This document shows positions 13,597 to 27,500 of a stretch of 64,000 bases of DNA, piece by piece (position 1 is the stretch's first letter; every line of letters begins with the position of its first letter). The DNA lies in NCBI RefSeq assembly GCF_022539665.2, contig NC_081333.1, positions 4,526,001-4,590,000 on the forward strand, read 5' to 3'. Below the pieces are notes generated by a model. It had not been told where the DNA came from, searched no databases, and worked only from the letters and a program-made list of their open reading frames with translations. The stretch is from Daphnia carinata (lineage: Eukaryota). A program made the position numbers and the translations under genes.

Positions 13597-14635
13597 TTAG
13601 AGCCGATCATCCCACAAGGACCGCACAGGTGTTAATTGCGCAATATCACCTGCAACAGACGAGCCCGAATTCAAATTAGAACTAGCTTTAACAGGTTGCC
13701 AAAAATATTCTTTGGCCAGTTCGTCTCCCAAGGCCCAGACGAAATGATCGTCCATGTAATGTCTCGTGAGGAACCAATCGTCCGACGTTGGATGGCTAAA
13801 CAAAGTGGTCGGCAAATGATGAAAATTCATTTTCGTTAGCTGCACAGCGTCTGGATTGATCCACTGAACGTAATCTTCCAAAGAGAAATCATCGATTTCA
13901 TCGTCGTCCTGGAATACGAGACCGACACGAGTCTGTTGTACTTGACCAGTGGAACTCGTTTGCGTCTGGATAGTCTTCTGGATAATTTTCACATCCTCCA
14001 ACGAGTGGTCATCGTCCAGCGGTGATGACTCGACAGAAGCGGGGTCAGTAAATGTTGAGACTCGGACGTTATGAGGGTCTGCTAGTTTTTCCAGCACATC
14101 TTCTAACGAATCGTCGGGATCTACCGTAACATGAGCAACCTGTACTGTTGATTGGCTCTTGTCTGAAACATCCACCTTCGCTAAATCTTTGACCAAATCC
14201 TCCCACGAGAATCCGTCTCGTACGCGAACGTTTAACTGAGGAACAGCATGTTGCGTTCCAGCTGCGACGAGACTCTCCGCTGGATGGGCACTTGCCATAA
14301 TGCTATACCTTTTTACTAAATGATCGTCTTCCAGCGAATCGTCGTCCTCCAAGGATTTGTTTAGCGTCGATTCCATGCTATCTGGGAGGTCCATTGTAGC
14401 TGATGTTTCGTGAGAATCATCGACGTCTATTAAAATGGCAGCTTTTTGGCCGAGAGGGAGACTGTTGGTTCCTCTGAAATGAGTCACGATCATCGCCGCT
14501 CCCACCAGCTGGAAAAGCAAAATTAATAGTTCAAATAGCATTGAGAAAAGTGTTCAGAACAATTAGCCATTAGTTCTTAAAGCACGAATTTTTCTTAGAG
14601 AAATAGTTTACCATAATAAAACGCAAAGTACTCAT
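13597..14635 (-). CDS. g6: secreted DDSLED-rich protein, module A (~311 aa); exons 14612-14635, 13597-14508
   Basis: Exon 1 MSTLRFIM|gtaaac; acceptor ttccag|LVGAAMIVTHFRGTNS; HPTSDDWFLTRHYMDD...EYFWQPVK; ends LTPVRSLWDDRL. Confidence 0.88.
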
Positions 14636-16033
14636 GGGAATAGTGCCTGCACAACTTGCCAGAACAATCGCTACGTAAAGAATAAAGATAAGACTATTGG
14701 CACGCCTCTATTTATACCATTTAGTGGATGCGGAATGGAAAAGCATCGTTTGCAAGGTTCCTTCTATGTCGCCTTATTAAGTTATTTGGTACAAAAAATC
14801 AGGAAGATGACCTAGGTACTATAAACTTGTTTTGTTTTCTCGTTTGTTACGATGGCCTTGTGTGATGAAGAACTTCATTTTATGGGAAAACGAAAATCAT
14901 TTGACAAACTAGTTTAACCAACTGAATGGCAGAGCTTGAATAGATCTAACCTTCGTCAATAATCTAATACAGAAGCGTCACGATGATTTTTGGGTACGGA
15001 ATTGTTTTTGTTTTTGTTTCAGGAAACAAGGTGTGTCCCATGATATTACCATACGGAGATCACTGTGTTGTTGAGACGAAACATGTAGAGCCAACTATGA
15101 GTTGACATTGAAGTCGATAAAAGTAAATTTGAAAAAACAGGAACTATAAAGAAGCAAACTTGCCAACCTTGTTGAATAGTAATATTTAATACCATCACCT
15201 ATGAATACCGCCATTCCTTCTTCGTCACAGAGAGCAATGAGTTGAACGTTGCAGGCAAGCAGAAAAACAGGTAATATGATGACAGCCATTTCGTGAAGTC
15301 AGCCAGGAAAGAAAACTGATGCAAATGTCACCTCATTGGCCATGCATTGAAAGCGCAAGAAAGCGAAAGTTAAGAACACTGTTCTTCATTTAAAGTAAGG
15401 GTAAAACAGAATATGGAAAATGCAAATTGAACTTGCTCATTGAATTTTCATGAATTTTCAGGATGAGAAACATTCATTGCTTAATCGCTCCTTGAAATGA
15501 AATGAGAAACCAATAACTTTCTTGTCCCGTGCTTAAAGTGCCAGGCATCGTCTACATATATACATATACGAGCAGAATTGTTTAATTTCCGTATGCTATG
15601 CTATTCATTTCATGACGTTCGCCCATATTGCGAGTTCATTGTTGCGCACAGCGAAAGCCATTGGCTTTCAGAAGCGGATGGCGATATAACCAGGCAAGGA
15701 TTGGCAAAATATTTCTTTCAGAGTTACTTGCATGAAAACCGCTTTCTCTTTTATTTATTTAATGTTTATAATAGCACAGTGATATAGTTCATGAATGTTA
15801 CTCAGGTATCACGAGTTCGAATCTTTGCAACTCCATTATTAAAACTCAGACTATATCAAGTGCTACGCAGTAACCCTGTTGATTTTTCCCGAAGGTTTGA
15901 ACGAAATAACACTATGAAACGAATCATAACGATAAAAACAGGAAATTGTATTCTTGAAAAACTTATGTACAACCAGTTAAAATAATAACATGATGTTTAA
16001 CAAAGCTCGTCACTCTATGAAAGATAACATCAT

Positions 16034-17021
16034 TCAAACTGCAGCAGTGGTAGTCTGTTGCCGATCGTCCCACAACGATCGCACCTGCGTAAACTTAGCA
16101 AACTGGGCTGCGTTTACTTTTATGGGTGAGTGAGACTCCAACTTGATCACGTCTTTGACCGGTTGCAACAAGGAATCTCGAACCAATTCATGTTCTATTT
16201 CCCAAAAGTAATAATCACCTAAATATTCCTTAACGAGATATAAATCGTCGGACGCTGGATGGCCGAAAACTCCGATGATCGGCACATTGTCAAAGATCGA
16301 TACTGGCGAAGGAAGAACGACGGAGGGAGTTGGCGTTTGGTCAAGACTTGCGTCCGTTTGGAAAATCTGTCGGGCAAGTTGATCTTCCAAAGAATCATCT
16401 TGAATATCAAAATGCTGGATGATGAATTGCCCTTCAGTTGCTGCTTGAACGGGATTTGCATGCACTTGGGGTGCGTTGCGTTTCTGAACCAACTCATCTC
16501 GTACATGCAACAGATCGCTCTGCATCTGAAATTCTTTGAAAACTTGTTCTGCTGTTTGATTAGTCTGTTCGTGTTGAACGAAAATGACGTCCTCCGACGA
16601 GTGCGTGTCGTTCAAATCATCATAATCGACTACAAATGTTGTGCCGTTCACGCCGACAGAGTGAACTTCCAAGGAGACATCGTTACGACCATCGCCATTC
16701 AATATTTGGGCTCCACTTGTTTGATTAACGCCGACAACAAGCTGGAAATTGCCCTTGATTTCCAGCGAATCGTTATGGACGTGTTCCACGCTGTCTACGT
16801 AGTCGTCAGTTGTTGTCTCGTGAGAATCGCCATGGTCGACCAAAATGGTCAAATTGCGACCGATCACGAACGATTGGATTCCTCCGAAAAGAGTCAAGAA
16901 CAAAACTGTTCCGACCGTAAGCTAAAAACACGAAGAATAGAATTTTAATTTTGGATGGAGAGTAAATGTTAAAGATAATGAAAGTGTTGCTGTTTACCGT
17001 GAAAGAACTGGAGAGACGCAT
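16034..17021 (-). CDS. g7: secreted acidic protein, module A (~303 aa); exons 16998-17021, 16034-16921
   Basis: Exon 1 MRLSSSFT|gtaaac; acceptor ttttag|LTVGTVLFLTLFGGIQS; HPASDDLYLVKEYLGDYYFWE...LQPVK; FTQVRSLWDDR. Confidence 0.88.
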
Positions 17022-17035
17022 GTTGATTGTGTTGT

Positions 17036-17101
17036 ACTAGTTGCTGGAACTGCAAAAGTGAGAATAATGACAATCCGTGATGTGGATGGCGTATTTATAC
17101 G
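17036..17101 (-). promoter_or_regulatory. Core promoter of g7 (representative): TATAAATA, Inr-like TCATT, ACTAGT at +28..+33
   Basis: Minus strand cgtataaatac (~17091-17101), tcattattct (~17061-17070), actagt 17036-17041. Confidence 0.6.
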
Positions 17102-18646
17102 ATCCCTTTTCAATGCGGGAAAACTAATGAGCGTATGATAGTAACCTTGTAATTTCACGCAAGGCTATCGGATCGTTCATCTGTAGCGCAAAATAAATTG
17201 TTCCCACACAGGAAACATAAAACGAAGGATAATCTAAGGGTAAAGCAAATGATACCTTTTCGCCTCGGGAATAGCTATACATGATAAATTTTGTCAATTA
17301 CTGAAAGTATCTTGGACAACAACTGGTTTGCGTAAAAAATTACCTTATTTTTTTGGTTAACAGCGATCGCGTGCGAGGAAGGAGCTACAGTATTCAAATT
17401 TACGCCATCAAGGATGCAACGTGACACGGAAATGAGGCGCAGCTAGTTGCAGGTAAACACGTGAAATTGAAAACAAAGAAAATAACAGAAAAAAACAGTC
17501 CATTGGGATGCAACAAAGGACATGGCGCAGGAAATGCAAATGGAACGTGAATAATTACGTAGACGACCTCGTGAAGGTAAATTGAAAAATGAAAAGCGTC
17601 AAAGAGAGCTAGAACCAGCGTGTACATTCGTCCTGAATCTACTAAATAACATCGGCACGCAAAACGAATTCGGCCTAACCACAAAGGCCGACACGAGGTA
17701 GAGTAAACAAAAAATGAAGGTGCTAAAATTAATTTCTTTACTTTGGTACAAGGGACAGGGAATGCAAATACGTTGCACAAAGAAACTCGGTGGTCCTGAT
17801 TGAAAATCCAAAAACGTTGAATAATTTTCGTATTTTTTCTCGTAGAAGGATCAATTAGTTCTGGGGGTGTTTTTGCTTGTCTGTTCTGACAGACAAAATA
17901 AACTGCCCAACATCAAGGTCAGGTTATGTAACAGAGGGAATTGGGATTGGAGTACAAGTTACGCGAAAAAACGTCTGGCAGCGCTATGAATCAATTACTA
18001 CTCGAATCCAGCGTAAAACTTCATGCACAATAAATTCGAATTTACGCTCGATCTAATGTACGTGCATTTTGACAACCATCATGTTCTTGTTGCTGGTTTT
18101 GAATTTAGGCTTTTTTTTGTGGAGTTAAAGTTACCATGACCCATTTTATTAAATTTGTTTTACAATGTTTGAAATGCCGTACGGGTTGCCGGAGGCAATC
18201 AACATCTTGCACGGTATTCCATCCTCCACTACTGCGTAGTGATAGAAGGTTACGCAAAAAATGTTCCACGTATAAATAAAAATGCTTTATTATCAACCTG
18301 CCGCACACGGCAAATGAGGATAACAGACCGAATATGCCTGTGGACAACTTTCAAATTTCATAAATACTACATTAAATACTCTACTTGTTTGATCAATATA
18401 AACATCTTTCGTCTTTTTTTAGCTTTATCACGGTGCGAATTTGCTTCATGGCGAACCTTAACACGTACGAGGTAATGTCCATCATGCGTGTCTAATATTG
18501 CGGGTGACATTCGTGAGTTATATGGACGTTCTCTGAGAGCAAAGCATGATTAAAAAGTGCTACAGAAATTGACAGTTAAAACTGTTGTTGCATGGCCTGC
18601 AGCTATTGGGGAGTGGGATATGTAAACGATCGATCAAACTGTTCTG

Positions 18647-21252
18647 TCACAACATAAAAAAAAGTAATAACAAATAACCGACTAAGATTGGAAGATGACA
18701 TGAACTTGAAGTCAATGCACGCGATGTGTCATAGTGGTAATAAAAATAGGGGGATTCCTTCCTGATTAGGGAGTCACCTCGCTGGCCGCCGATTCTTCTT
18801 TCATCACGATTCACGATCACGACGTTCTGTTTGAAACAAGAATATTAATGAATATTTCCTTGTAATAATTGGACTGCATTAATTACCTTCTTCTTAGGGC
18901 TGTTCCCTCTGGCACGTTCCAGATCTAATGGAACGTCATCTTCTTCATCAACATAACGAAGCAAAAACACATCGTGCTCTTCGGAATTGCGGGAACTTGG
19001 CCTGTGGACGCGAATTGCACGAAGACGGTCATCAACACGAACGACCTGCTTCTTTCTAGTTGTTACATCGTCATCCGTTTCTTCGGAAATCTCGTCAAAT
19101 TGGCCAGAATCTATAACACTGGTCCTCCTGCTATTTATTGTTGTTGGTAATTCCACTGCAATCATACCAGTGTGGGTTGCTTCGGACTCTTGAGGAGGTA
19201 GACGTAATGGATTAGTTGTTTGCAAAGAAACCGTAGCAACAGTTTCGGTTTGGTTTATCACCACTTCAGTTGTCAATTGAATTTGAGTATCATCAGAACT
19301 GAGATTTGGGTGATGATGGACATTCTTCTCTTCTCTTGAGTCGGCAACGTGTTGCTCAAACTGAGTGCGGATTGGATCGGAGACTCTCGTTTCCGTACGT
19401 TCGGTCGTTTGAGTTCTGATGTTGACCACCTGCTTTGTTTGCGGGTTCATTTGAACTTCAAAATTTCCTATCCGTTCCCATGGAAACACATGGGATTCTT
19501 CGGAATGGAGTGAAATGGGTATGTGGCTAGTAGCCATTATAAATTGCACACCGCTAATTGTTTGTGATTTGATATTGATAACTTCCTTCGTTTGGGGGTT
19601 TATTTGGATTTCAATATCACCTATCTGCTTCCAAGGGAAATCGTTGGGATCTTCATCATAGTAAGACTGGCCGTGAGTTGATGGTATCTCTGTAATAGGT
19701 AAGAAATCCAAAACGGGCTCTGTCGTGATTTCATCAACGACGTCAGGCTCATTAACAACTGGAATGGGATTTAATATTGTTGGCGAGTTCACAGCCAGAA
19801 TATTGGGTTGTAAATGGATAACTTCCATGGCGGATGTCGTAAAATCTCCAGCTGGAGTTGTGATTTCGCTGGAGAACTCACGATCAGCCACTGAATGTCT
19901 AAAAATGGGTTCATCAAATTTAGCTATTTCTTCTCGTTGGCCTTCGCTAAAAGAAAAAACAAGAACTGAACTATTACTGGGATTAACCGATAGAGCGTTA
20001 TCAGTTGCCATCGTTGGGTTTGTTCCAGATTCTTCGTTTTTGCTAAAAGAATCACCTTCTTTGTTCTCACCGTAGTTCCTCTTATCGCTTATGATCGATT
20101 TTTCATGCTCGTTATCATATCCTTCATCTGACAACTTGTCGTCATTCGAATGCTTCAAAACCGGCTTGGTTGTTGTCGATGAATTTTGGGCATCTTGCAC
20201 AATTAGCGTTTCATTCACAGGGAATACTTGCCCTTCGGGCTCCTGAGTAACGTCAGAAACGTCGGGTTCCTTAGCGATTGGCTTTCTCCAGTTTAGTGGC
20301 AATGGCAACTTAATATCAACTGTTTGTGTAGGCATAATCTCTGTAGTTGGTTGTCGTTCAATGGCGGACTCATGTCCTGCGCTAGTGTTTTGAAAAATAG
20401 GAGCCTGAACTTGCGGCTCTTCTTTCGAATGAATAAGGTCCGAATAAGAGGCATCGGTCGATTGAGTTGCGTTCACCTTTTCATTAGCTGCAATTTCCAA
20501 GTTTATGGCGTCAACTTCTTTTTGTTGCTTTTGGAATTCGGCCACTGTCACCGCCGCTAGGTTTTGATTTTGCACTGCCCTTGATTTATTGAGGCCATTA
20601 TCAAATCCATGTTCTACTGCGAAATGGGTTTTCCTAGAATTCGTAGAAACAGGACTACGCAACGTAGTTGTTCGAATTCGATTGATTCGTGGCCTCGTAG
20701 GCAATGTCCTCTTCAATGCCGTCATGACTGATCCTTTAACATTTTTAGTTTTACGTGAATCCCACGGCAGATCTTCTCCCGAGTTTGTGGGTGTTGGGTA
20801 GCGAGTTGTTGTCGTCGGCAAACGATGAAATCTATTTTTAGGGCCAAATGTTTTCCTTTGGCCTTCATTTTTATGAACCACTTTAGTTCGAAGTATGGCG
20901 TCTTGATCCGCTAATTGCAATGAGAATTCTTCTTTACAATTAGAAGACATTTCTTCTTTCCGATTCGGTCTCCGTCGATTAGCGAAAACCGTCCGCCTTC
21001 CGACAATTTCTTCTTCCGCCGGTTCAATACTCACAAGTAATTGCACAGTGAATTTCCCATCGAGAACGAACGTGGCCGAGTTCGAATGGTCGGCAATGTT
21101 TTTGTTTCCAAACTGCACGCGTTCGTTAGCGTTTAATGAGTCGAGAGCCAACGCCCCGGCGAGCTAATCGGAAATCAGTAGAGTCGTAAATGTTAGGGAA
21201 CAATTTCATGGTCAGCGAGAAAACTCACCGTCATTAAAAAAATGAGCCGCAT
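18647..21252 (-). CDS. g8: mucin-like protein with 2 module-C repeats and hydrophobic (GPI-like) C-terminus (~826 aa); exons 21229-21252, 18887-21163, 18647-18826
   Basis: Exon 1 MRLIFLMT|gtgagt; a second 60-nt intron (AAG|gtaatt...caaacag|AAC) gives exon 3 NVVIVNRDERRIGG...ESPYFYYHYDTSRALTSSSCHLPILVGYLLLLFFML*, homologous to the g12 C-terminus. Confidence 0.82.
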
Positions 21253-21976
21253 CGTTTGGTGGACTAGTAGCACGGAATTGCACAGTTTGTCACAGACGAG
21301 GGAAAGAGACGTGTTGGCAGAGGCGTAACTTAGAGAATTATGTCTTCCATCGGGTGCACAACAAAAGTTTATTTAGTGCGATGGACCTTGAGCTTGTCGA
21401 AGTTTAGAAAGGTTAGGCTAGATAATTCCAACCCTTATTCTGAGTATATCACGAAGTCACGGTATATACGTGGACAATGACACACTAACCTCATTGGCTT
21501 CGATTAACTTCTAGGCAATTCAGAGAATCAGGGAGGCAAATATATCAGCTATTATTCCTAGCACCTGTTTTGCTTCGAAATTGGATAGCTATACAAAAAC
21601 CATTTCGATGTAGAGAAAAGAATTGAGCGTCTTCAATTGTTTAGCGATGGAAGTTGGGGTAGAAACAGAGAGGCTGTCTGTTATTTTAAAACGTGTATAG
21701 CGCAAGTTTTGAATGTAAGCCTTTAATCAAAGCAATTTTTTGTTTTCATGAAAAATGCGCTGTCATTGCAGAGAAAGAGAATTGACGTGGTAGAAGCTCT
21801 TTTGTTTGGTATAAAAATGAAAATGTGGAGCTAAGAGGAGTTATTGCTGTGTTGACCTGTATTTCAGCATACTATTAATATTACGATCATACTAGTGTAG
21901 AGAGAAAACAAATGGGCGGGGAGAGAAAATGATTCATTCCAACTTGGAACGCAATGTACAACTACTGTCGCCCAAC

Positions 21977-23184
21977 CTACGAAATGCGAGCCAAAAGACA
22001 GGTGATAAAGAAAGGAAGAAAACAGGAAACCGTGGCAGAGGTGCTCGCCATATTTAGGGATGAAGTCGAGTAAACTGCAAGAGCCTCAGCGTATTTCTCC
22101 ATTAGACGCTGGCCGTTCGCCCCAGACGCCCTTTTCAAACGACTGTCGATTTCCTGCACCTTTTGTTGGAACATGGGATTTCCTAAGATTTCTCGCGTTC
22201 CCCTGCCATCAGACTCTTCGTAATGGCTTATTAATTCTCCATGGCCGATGTTTGGTTCTAAAAAGCGTCGTATCTCTGGCAGTAAACTAACGTCCACTTC
22301 CAAAGACACGTCTTGTTCATAAGAATGATCATCATGTTCATCAGAATAGGTGATGACACGACCACTTCTGCTGGACGGTGCAGTTGTTGGGCTTCTTCCT
22401 AAGACATGTTGCCTGGTAGCTTCGATTACAAAGGGATGGTCTTCTTGTTCGTCAGAACTCGTTCTGACACGACCAGTGGCCGCGTTGGCTCGAACGAACT
22501 GCTTGATTCGGGCGAGCCGGACAGGCATCAGTGGAGGCATTTCGTCAGGGTTGTCATCTTCGAAGCTACCTTCGTCAGAATCATGAGAAACAAAATACCT
22601 GCCGACTGTTCTTGGTGGTTGACTGTTAACTTCCACTGGGCTGGGACTAACCGATTCAGCAAAAACACTGAAGAGCGATCTGATCATTGCAAAGAAGCCA
22701 ACGTCTTCGGGAGATAGGCTGACGGTTGGCTCTTGATCTACGTCCGTCTTGGGTTGAATTTCTAATGCAGGTGGGTCAGTCTCAATTACAGAATCCTCTC
22801 CTACACTGGGTTGAGTTTCTTCGGCAGGAATATTCGTATCAACTTGCCCATCAGTTTCAGTTGGACTCGGTTCATCACTGGCCAAAAACGTCCCTTCTCC
22901 TGTTCCAGCGCTACTCCTGCCAGCACTCTCCCCCCCAAAAAATGCGGTTGGATCTTCAGTTGCTTCCGATTGAGTTCCTTCTCCAGCGACAAGAGTTTGA
23001 GTTTCCTCTTCAATCATTGTCTCTGCCTCACCTCCACTGGAATTGAAGGAATCAGCCTCCGCGAAAGCCGATACGAGCACAAAGGCTCCTAATAGCTATG
23101 ATTCCAAAAAAATTTCAATTTAAACTGAACATGCATAGAAAATCTCAATACAAGTGTTACCATCGTGTAAAAATGACGACGCAT
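21977..23184 (-). CDS. g9: acidic secreted protein, module B plus GPI-like tail (~380 aa); exons 23161-23184, 21977-23095
   Basis: Exon 1 MRRHFYTM|gtaaca; acceptor catag|LLGAFVLVSAFAEADS; EILGNPMFQQKVQEIDSRLK...RLMEKYAEALA; ends FLPFFITCLLARIS. Confidence 0.88.
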
Positions 23185-24510
23185 GTCGAACGAACTGGCT
23201 GGCGAAATAAAACAGAGGTAATAAAATCGCCTTTGCTGGTTGCCACGTAGATTTATACCTTACGGTTATTACAACAATTTGAACAGGAAAACCTTCGTTG
23301 ACTCGTAGCAAGGCTATCGATTGTTAAACGCTCTCCTATAGGTGATTTAAGAAACATTTTAAAATTTCTAAAAAAACCTGCAGCAGAAACAGTCCATACT
23401 AGTAGCAGTTTGGTATCGTAACCTTGCCCATAGTGTGAAATAAGAAAATCAAATAGAAATTTAGCAATCCATTTTTGTTGTACTCTGGAACGCGGAAACA
23501 TGAGCAGTGGAAATTTAATGTTTGAACCAAGCCTAAAAATAAAGAAACAATAGTGTAACAATGATTCATACTGTTTGAAAATTATGGATCAACGTGTCAT
23601 GTGCCCACCAAGAGGAAGTGAAAGGTAAGAAAAACAGCTGACCTTGCATATCGGTGGCATATTAGTCTAGACAATACTATTTGAATTACACATCAACACG
23701 GTCGAAGGACGTCAACTTGCCGGTTAAAGACGGTGTAGGAACAGGTTGGGTCGTTGTTCAATGGAAACCGCCCAGCCTTATGCAGAAACAAAAAACCTGG
23801 TTTTATGCAAATGAAAAATGATTCATTTTCTAGCTGAGGAAACGGCAAAAAGTGAATGTAGATTTTCACGTACGTGCGGCCATAGCTTTTCCCCCATTTG
23901 TGGCCGTCAAGTTAATAATCCAAGTTGAAAAGACAGCATGGCACAATGCACTCTTTAAAACATCACCATAGTTTGATACATTTACGCATTTGATAGCCTT
24001 TTGGTTGCCAGTCTAGCTGCCGGGCAATCAGCTGGACGAGTGTTTGTGCCGTGCCCAGCCCGAAAGAAAAAAAAACAACACGTACCTTTCACATCGCCAT
24101 GCGAGTTGTCGCTGCAACCTGTTGGCCGCCACTTTCGAATTGTCAACTAATTGGAGGTTAGTGACTCTGCATTCTTACTTTTGTTTCAGCCTGCAGCGTC
24201 CCAGCCACGCCAAATGACACTACTTTCAACGCATGGAATTTATCGTAGCTTAAACTGTATTTCAAATTTTAGAGAACGTGAAAATAGAAAAAAAAGCAGG
24301 TTACAAACGATACCACGAGTACGTAGCGCTAAAACATACCATGAAGATTAACCGATTTAATAGTTATTTGGAAGATGGATAATTATTGGTGTTTGAGCAA
24401 GACTGGCAGACCGATGTTCTTTTTTTTTTTTTACAGGAAAAACAAATAAATGAGAGCAAACTGGACAGCAAATGTACAGCGAGCAAACTGCTCGATAAGG
24501 CGCGTTTAAC

Positions 24511-27500
24511 TTATGAGAATCCAAGCAAAAGGCAAGTGACCATAAACGGAAGGAGGACAGAGAAACTGAAGGATGTTGCAGAATTGGAAGATGGAGATAA
24601 TTTGGCCAGAGCGGCTAAATATTTCTCGATGAGACGCTTAACTCTCGCGCTTTTCGAGTCCTTCAAACGACCATCGATTGCTTGAAGTCTTTCCTGAAGC
24701 CTTTCCTGGACAATGGGGTTTGTCAGGAGTTCCCTGATTTTCATGGTGACTTCTTTCTTCTTATTGGCTTCTTCCATCAACGTTTGGTTGGTGCTCTTCG
24801 TTGGTGTCGCCGTTTGGTTTTCGACATCTAATTTGAAAAGCTGTTCGATATCCGGGAATAAAACGCGATTTTCAGTCTGTACCGCGGCTGTTTTGTCTAC
24901 CGCTTCAGTTGATGATTCTCCATTTTCTACGTCAGTCAACAGCCGTTTAATTTCAGGCAATTTACTGACGTCAACTTCTAAAGAGGATTCATCTTTTTCG
25001 TCGGAATCCTGCGGCAGTTGCGTACTCGTCTTATTGCGATCCTCCCTGTTACCGCTTAACGCGCTTTTGGTCATTTCCGCTGACACGTTATTGCCCTCAT
25101 CCGATTCTGTGGCAAGATTAACATCTTGTTCTACAGATTCCGTTTGATGCTCGATATTCATCTTCTCACCATAGACGCCATCTGACGCCTCGGTATCCGT
25201 TGAAACGTTACTCCGCTCTTCCGATTCAACGACGCTGGGCTCTACGGAACTCGTTCGGTTTGCAATGTCACGTGATATTTCGGCCTCGGTAGAAGCGTCA
25301 TTCCCTTCCTCAGACTCAACATGAGTGAATTTTTGTACTGGTGTTGTTTGATATTGGTCATCTTCGTTTGGAACGTCACCCGATGCTTCACCCTCCGCCG
25401 AGACGTCATTACCTTCGTCAGAGTCCATTAAGAGCTTAGCACCTTGAAGGAACGCTGCTGTTTTGTTTCGGGCACTTTTCGAGTTGCTGTTGACCACGAT
25501 AATGAATTCCATCGAAACATCGTCATTTGTCTTGCCTGCGGAAAGAACCTCGGGGCCCACGATCGTAACTCGGTCATTGTCTGCCGTTTCGGCACTGTGT
25601 TCAGGTTTCTCGGTGACCGAGTCCTTTGATTCCAAAGAAAAATCATCGATTTCTGCTGAATTGTCTTCATCCATCACACGTGTCGTGGTTGGTGCAACAG
25701 GCGTTCTATACTCGATGTAGGAATAAAGGATGCTGCTTATGTCGTCATCCTCGGAAACATCGTCCATCTCGTCCGAATGTAGGGTCGTAAAATAGCTTTT
25801 GAATATTGGCAATCGTGTTGTAGTAGTTTCAAACTTGCTGGGATGATTGACGATAACGTTTGTTTGAGCGTTGTAAATGATGGCTCGGTCTTTCCTCTCT
25901 AGATTGGCTATTTCCGACGATAAGGTGGCTTTCTCTGCCACAATTGTAGAGGCTGGCGTTAGAGGGGGGCTCTTCGTAGTCGATGGAATTTGAATACTGC
26001 TCGTCATTGGGGTTGTACTATTCAAATCGTCCTCTTGTTCGTCTGAATTTTCCAAAGTCAAATTAAGAACGGTGGTTGTCCGATAACGATGAGAATATTT
26101 CAAAGCCACTTGGTTACGAACTGTCGTTGTCTCAGTGCTATTATTCGTGTCGTCTTGCTCGTTAGAATTGATGTGTGCCAATTCGATATGAACTGATGCC
26201 GGAGTCGTTTGAGTTCCATTGCCGGAATCGACTTGTTCGTCAGAATGTTCTGGAAGGCTGGTTGTTGTTGTTGTTTGTAAACGACTGACTCGATTCCTCA
26301 AAAGTAAATTACGCGCGTTCGTTTGAGTATTATTAACTGGACTGACTCGTTCTTCCGAATCTCTGGATGCTGGAGTTGTAACGCGGAAGCCTTTGAAACG
26401 ATTCGTTGTTGCCAAACTGCGAGCGGTGGTCGTCTGAGTTGCATCATCCACTTCTTCGTCAGAGTTCTGGGAAGTTGTTTTAATCGATGGAAGAGTTGTT
26501 GTTTGTATACGACCGAATCGATTCCCTGCGAGAAACCTGCGTGTCGTTGATGTTTCTGTCTTGTTCACGACATCCCCATCCTCATCGGAACCGTTGGGAA
26601 TTCGGGCAGGAACCGTTATCGTTCGAGGAAGACCAAACATTTTTCTGGTTGGCAAACTGCGAATTGTCGTCGTGGATGTTTGGTTTACATCTTCTTCTTC
26701 AATAGAATCTCGAGATATCGGAGAACTTGTTGTCGTTCGTGTCCGACTAAACATATTTCGAAACGATGGGGTGCGTAATGTTGTCGTAGTTACGTTAATC
26801 ACATCATCTTGTTCTTCTGAATCTTTCTTTGATGCTGAGGCAGAAGTTGTCCGGAATCGACTCAATCGGTTGGTGGATGTTACACTGCGTGATGTAGTTG
26901 TCTGAGTAACTTTAACCGAGTTAGCTATTTCGTCAGAAGTGTCGGAGATAGGAACAGCAGCAGAGGCCGTGCGGATGCGATTGAATTTATTGCCTATTAA
27001 TAATTTATGAGGTACAGGCGTCGAGGTAGTGACATTACCTTGCTCTTTAGACTCTTGCCTCACTGGCTTGGGGATTGCCGTTGTTTTGAAACGGTTAAGT
27101 CGAGTTTTTGGCAACGAAGGACGGACCGTCGTCGTCTGGATCTCCTTGACCGCGTCAACCTCTTCATCTGAATCTTTTGCTGCAAGTGTCGTGGTATGGA
27201 GACGACCGAATCGATTACCGAACGTTAAACTTGCAGCTGTTGTTGTTTTAACCTCATTAACCGATTTGATTTCTTCCGCCGAAGCATCGGGAGTTGAGAC
27301 AGTCGTCGTCCGTACACGACTAAACCTGTTGTTGGTTGTAAAGCTGCGGGCTGTCGTCGTTACAATTTGCTTCGTTAAACCGATTTCTTCGTCGGAATTA
27401 TTAGAGACGGGGACGGATGCGGTTGGCGTTCGAAAGCGCCCAAATTTGCCAGATATCGGATTTCGTATTGTTGTTGTTGATTGAATAGGTTTTACAGTTG

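Noticed and set aside
15095..15289. 64-aa minus-strand ORF with hydrophobic N-terminus as a 16th cluster member
   Set aside because: Lacks the micro-exon/intron layout, SxE motifs, modules and promoter elements.
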